The position numbers were made by a program, and so were the translations under genes. A DNA stretch of 64,000 nt from an uncultured Acidobacteriaceae bacterium (GTDB taxonomy: Bacteria; Acidobacteriota; Terriglobia; Terriglobales; Acidobacteriaceae). The notes below the pieces were generated by a model. That model ran no database searches, had not been told where the DNA came from, and worked only from the letters and a program-made list of their open reading frames with translations. Location: positions 70,822-134,821 of the forward strand of contig CAZGXY010000080.1 in the NCBI GenBank assembly GCA_964530145.1. Direction: 5' to 3'. This document shows positions 63,164-64,000 of this stretch, piece after piece. Numbering within the stretch: position 1 is the stretch's first letter; every line of letters starts with the position of its first letter.

Positions 63164-63874
63164 ATGACCGAGAACTCTGATCACTCCGGGCCCGCCAACC
63201 CTCCCCGCAAACTCATCATCGCCATTGACGGCCCGGCGGGCGCGGGCAAGAGCACCATCGCCTCCCGCCTCGCCCGCAAGCTTGGATACGTCAATCTGGA
63301 AAGCGGCGCCATGTACCGGGCGCTTGCGCTGAAGGCGATCGATAAAGACATTTCGTTCGACGACGAAAGCGCTCTGGTCAAACTGGCCGAAAATTCCCGC
63401 ATCCAACTCGAACCCACGCGGGGCGGCAACCGCACGCTGCTCGATGGGCGCGACGTCTCTTCCCGCATTCGCGAAACCGACGTGACTGAAGCCGCCTCGC
63501 GTGTCTCCGTGCATCCCGGAGTTCGCGCCTGGATGGTCGCGCATCAGCGCGAGATGGGCGTCAATGGCGGTATTGTGATGGAAGGCCGCGACATCGGCAC
63601 CAAGGTTTTCCCCGACGCCGATCTCAAGATTTTCCTCGACGCCGACCCGGTCGTGCGCGAGCAGCGCCGGATGGAGCAACTGAGAATCAAAGGTGAAGTC
63701 CCTGCCAACCTCGCTGCCGACCTGCGCGACCGCGACCACCGCGACCGCACCCGTGCGGCTTCGCCGCTGGTCGCGGCGCAAGATGCGGTCGTTATCGACT
63801 CGACAAAGATGGATGAAGATGAGGTGTTGGAGCGAGCCGAAGAACTGGCGAGAAAGAAGTTGGGCGCAGGCTGA
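63164..63874 (+). CDS. cmk: cytidylate kinase
   Basis: IIAIDGPAGAGKSTIASRLARKLGYVNLESGAMYRALA and later GRDIGTKVFPDADLKIFLDA. Confidence 0.95.
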   Translation: MTENSDHSGPANPPRKLIIAIDGPAGAGKSTIASRLARKLGYVNLESGAMYRALALKAIDKDISFDDESALVKLAENSRIQLEPTRGGNRTLLDGRDVSSRIRETDVTEAASRVSVHPGVRAWMVAHQREMGVNGGIVMEGRDIGTKVFPDADLKIFLDADPVVREQRRMEQLRIKGEVPANLAADLRDRDHRDRTRAASPLVAAQDAVVIDSTKMDEDEVLERAEELARKKLGAG

Positions 63875-64000
63875 ATCAAACTGCGGGACCGCTCTGATGA
63901 GCAACGCCGATGGCGGGCATACTCTGAAGCTGGGTATGAAGGGCGGCGTCTCCCTCACTCCGATTTTTCAGACGCAGGAAAACGGGCCTCGGTTGTAGCG

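Noticed and set aside
62954-63958. 334-aa ORF antisense to cmk
   Set aside because: cmk is unambiguous (GPAGAGKST). The antisense frame is a typical GC-rich artefact.
1-64000. Scan for tRNA T-loop motifs (GGTTCGAnTCC), rRNA, CRISPR-like regularly spaced repeats, and transposase, integrase or phage genes
   Set aside because: None was recognised by eye on either strand. This is a visual scan only; tRNAscan-SE, Infernal and CRISPR finders should confirm it.

Overview
This is a gene-dense 64-kb chromosomal window of roughly 55-60% G+C (estimated by eye). All family calls below come from reading motifs in the supplied translations; no similarity search was run.

The gene content suggests an Acidobacteriota (Terriglobia-like) genome, which is an inference only. 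The basis is a GWxTD-domain protein, CarboxypepD_reg-type TonB-dependent receptors, many secreted cupin and TPR proteins, and two families of short intergenic repeats.

Housekeeping blocks:
- dnaK-(58-aa ORF)-dnaJ at 11.2-14.9 kb.
- A 17-kb minus-strand division/cell-wall (dcw) cluster at 33.6-50.7 kb, in the order murE-murF-mraY-murD-ftsW-[X]-murG-[X]-murC-[X]-ftsQ-ftsA-ftsZ-[PBP].
- A methylmalonyl-CoA mutase large subunit, glgC, mutL and cmk.

Other content:
- A chemoreceptor, two secreted cupins, a secreted Bcp peroxiredoxin, an M3 peptidase and a copper amine oxidase.
- PadR and MarR-GNAT regulators and an APC permease.
- A PilZ protein next to an outer-membrane barrel, and an unknown protein coupled to a PagL-like gene.
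- A TPR protein, a GWxTD / outer-membrane barrel / TonB-dependent-receptor locus, and a MacA-like adaptor plus ABC ATPase with no permease.
- Two type II toxin-antitoxin pairs (higBA, vapBC).

I recognised no rRNA, tRNA, CRISPR array, transposase or integrase.

Best leads for something undescribed:
1. A four-gene, translationally coupled module at 55.9-59.9 kb: ECF sigma, ZAS anti-sigma, a B-box membrane protein and a DUF4097-like protein. The last two share a WPLLLI transmembrane motif.
2. Three unassigned ORFs wedged into normally tight dcw junctions. One has eight perfect AR-x-E heptads. The cluster also lacks mraZ/rsmH/ftsL/ftsI/murB/ddl in this window.
3. The GWxTD / outer-membrane barrel pair.
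4. The higBA cassette, bracketed by exact 16-bp direct repeats inside about 75-nt structured repeats.
5. A 60-aa protein with 11 cysteines, divergent from murE.
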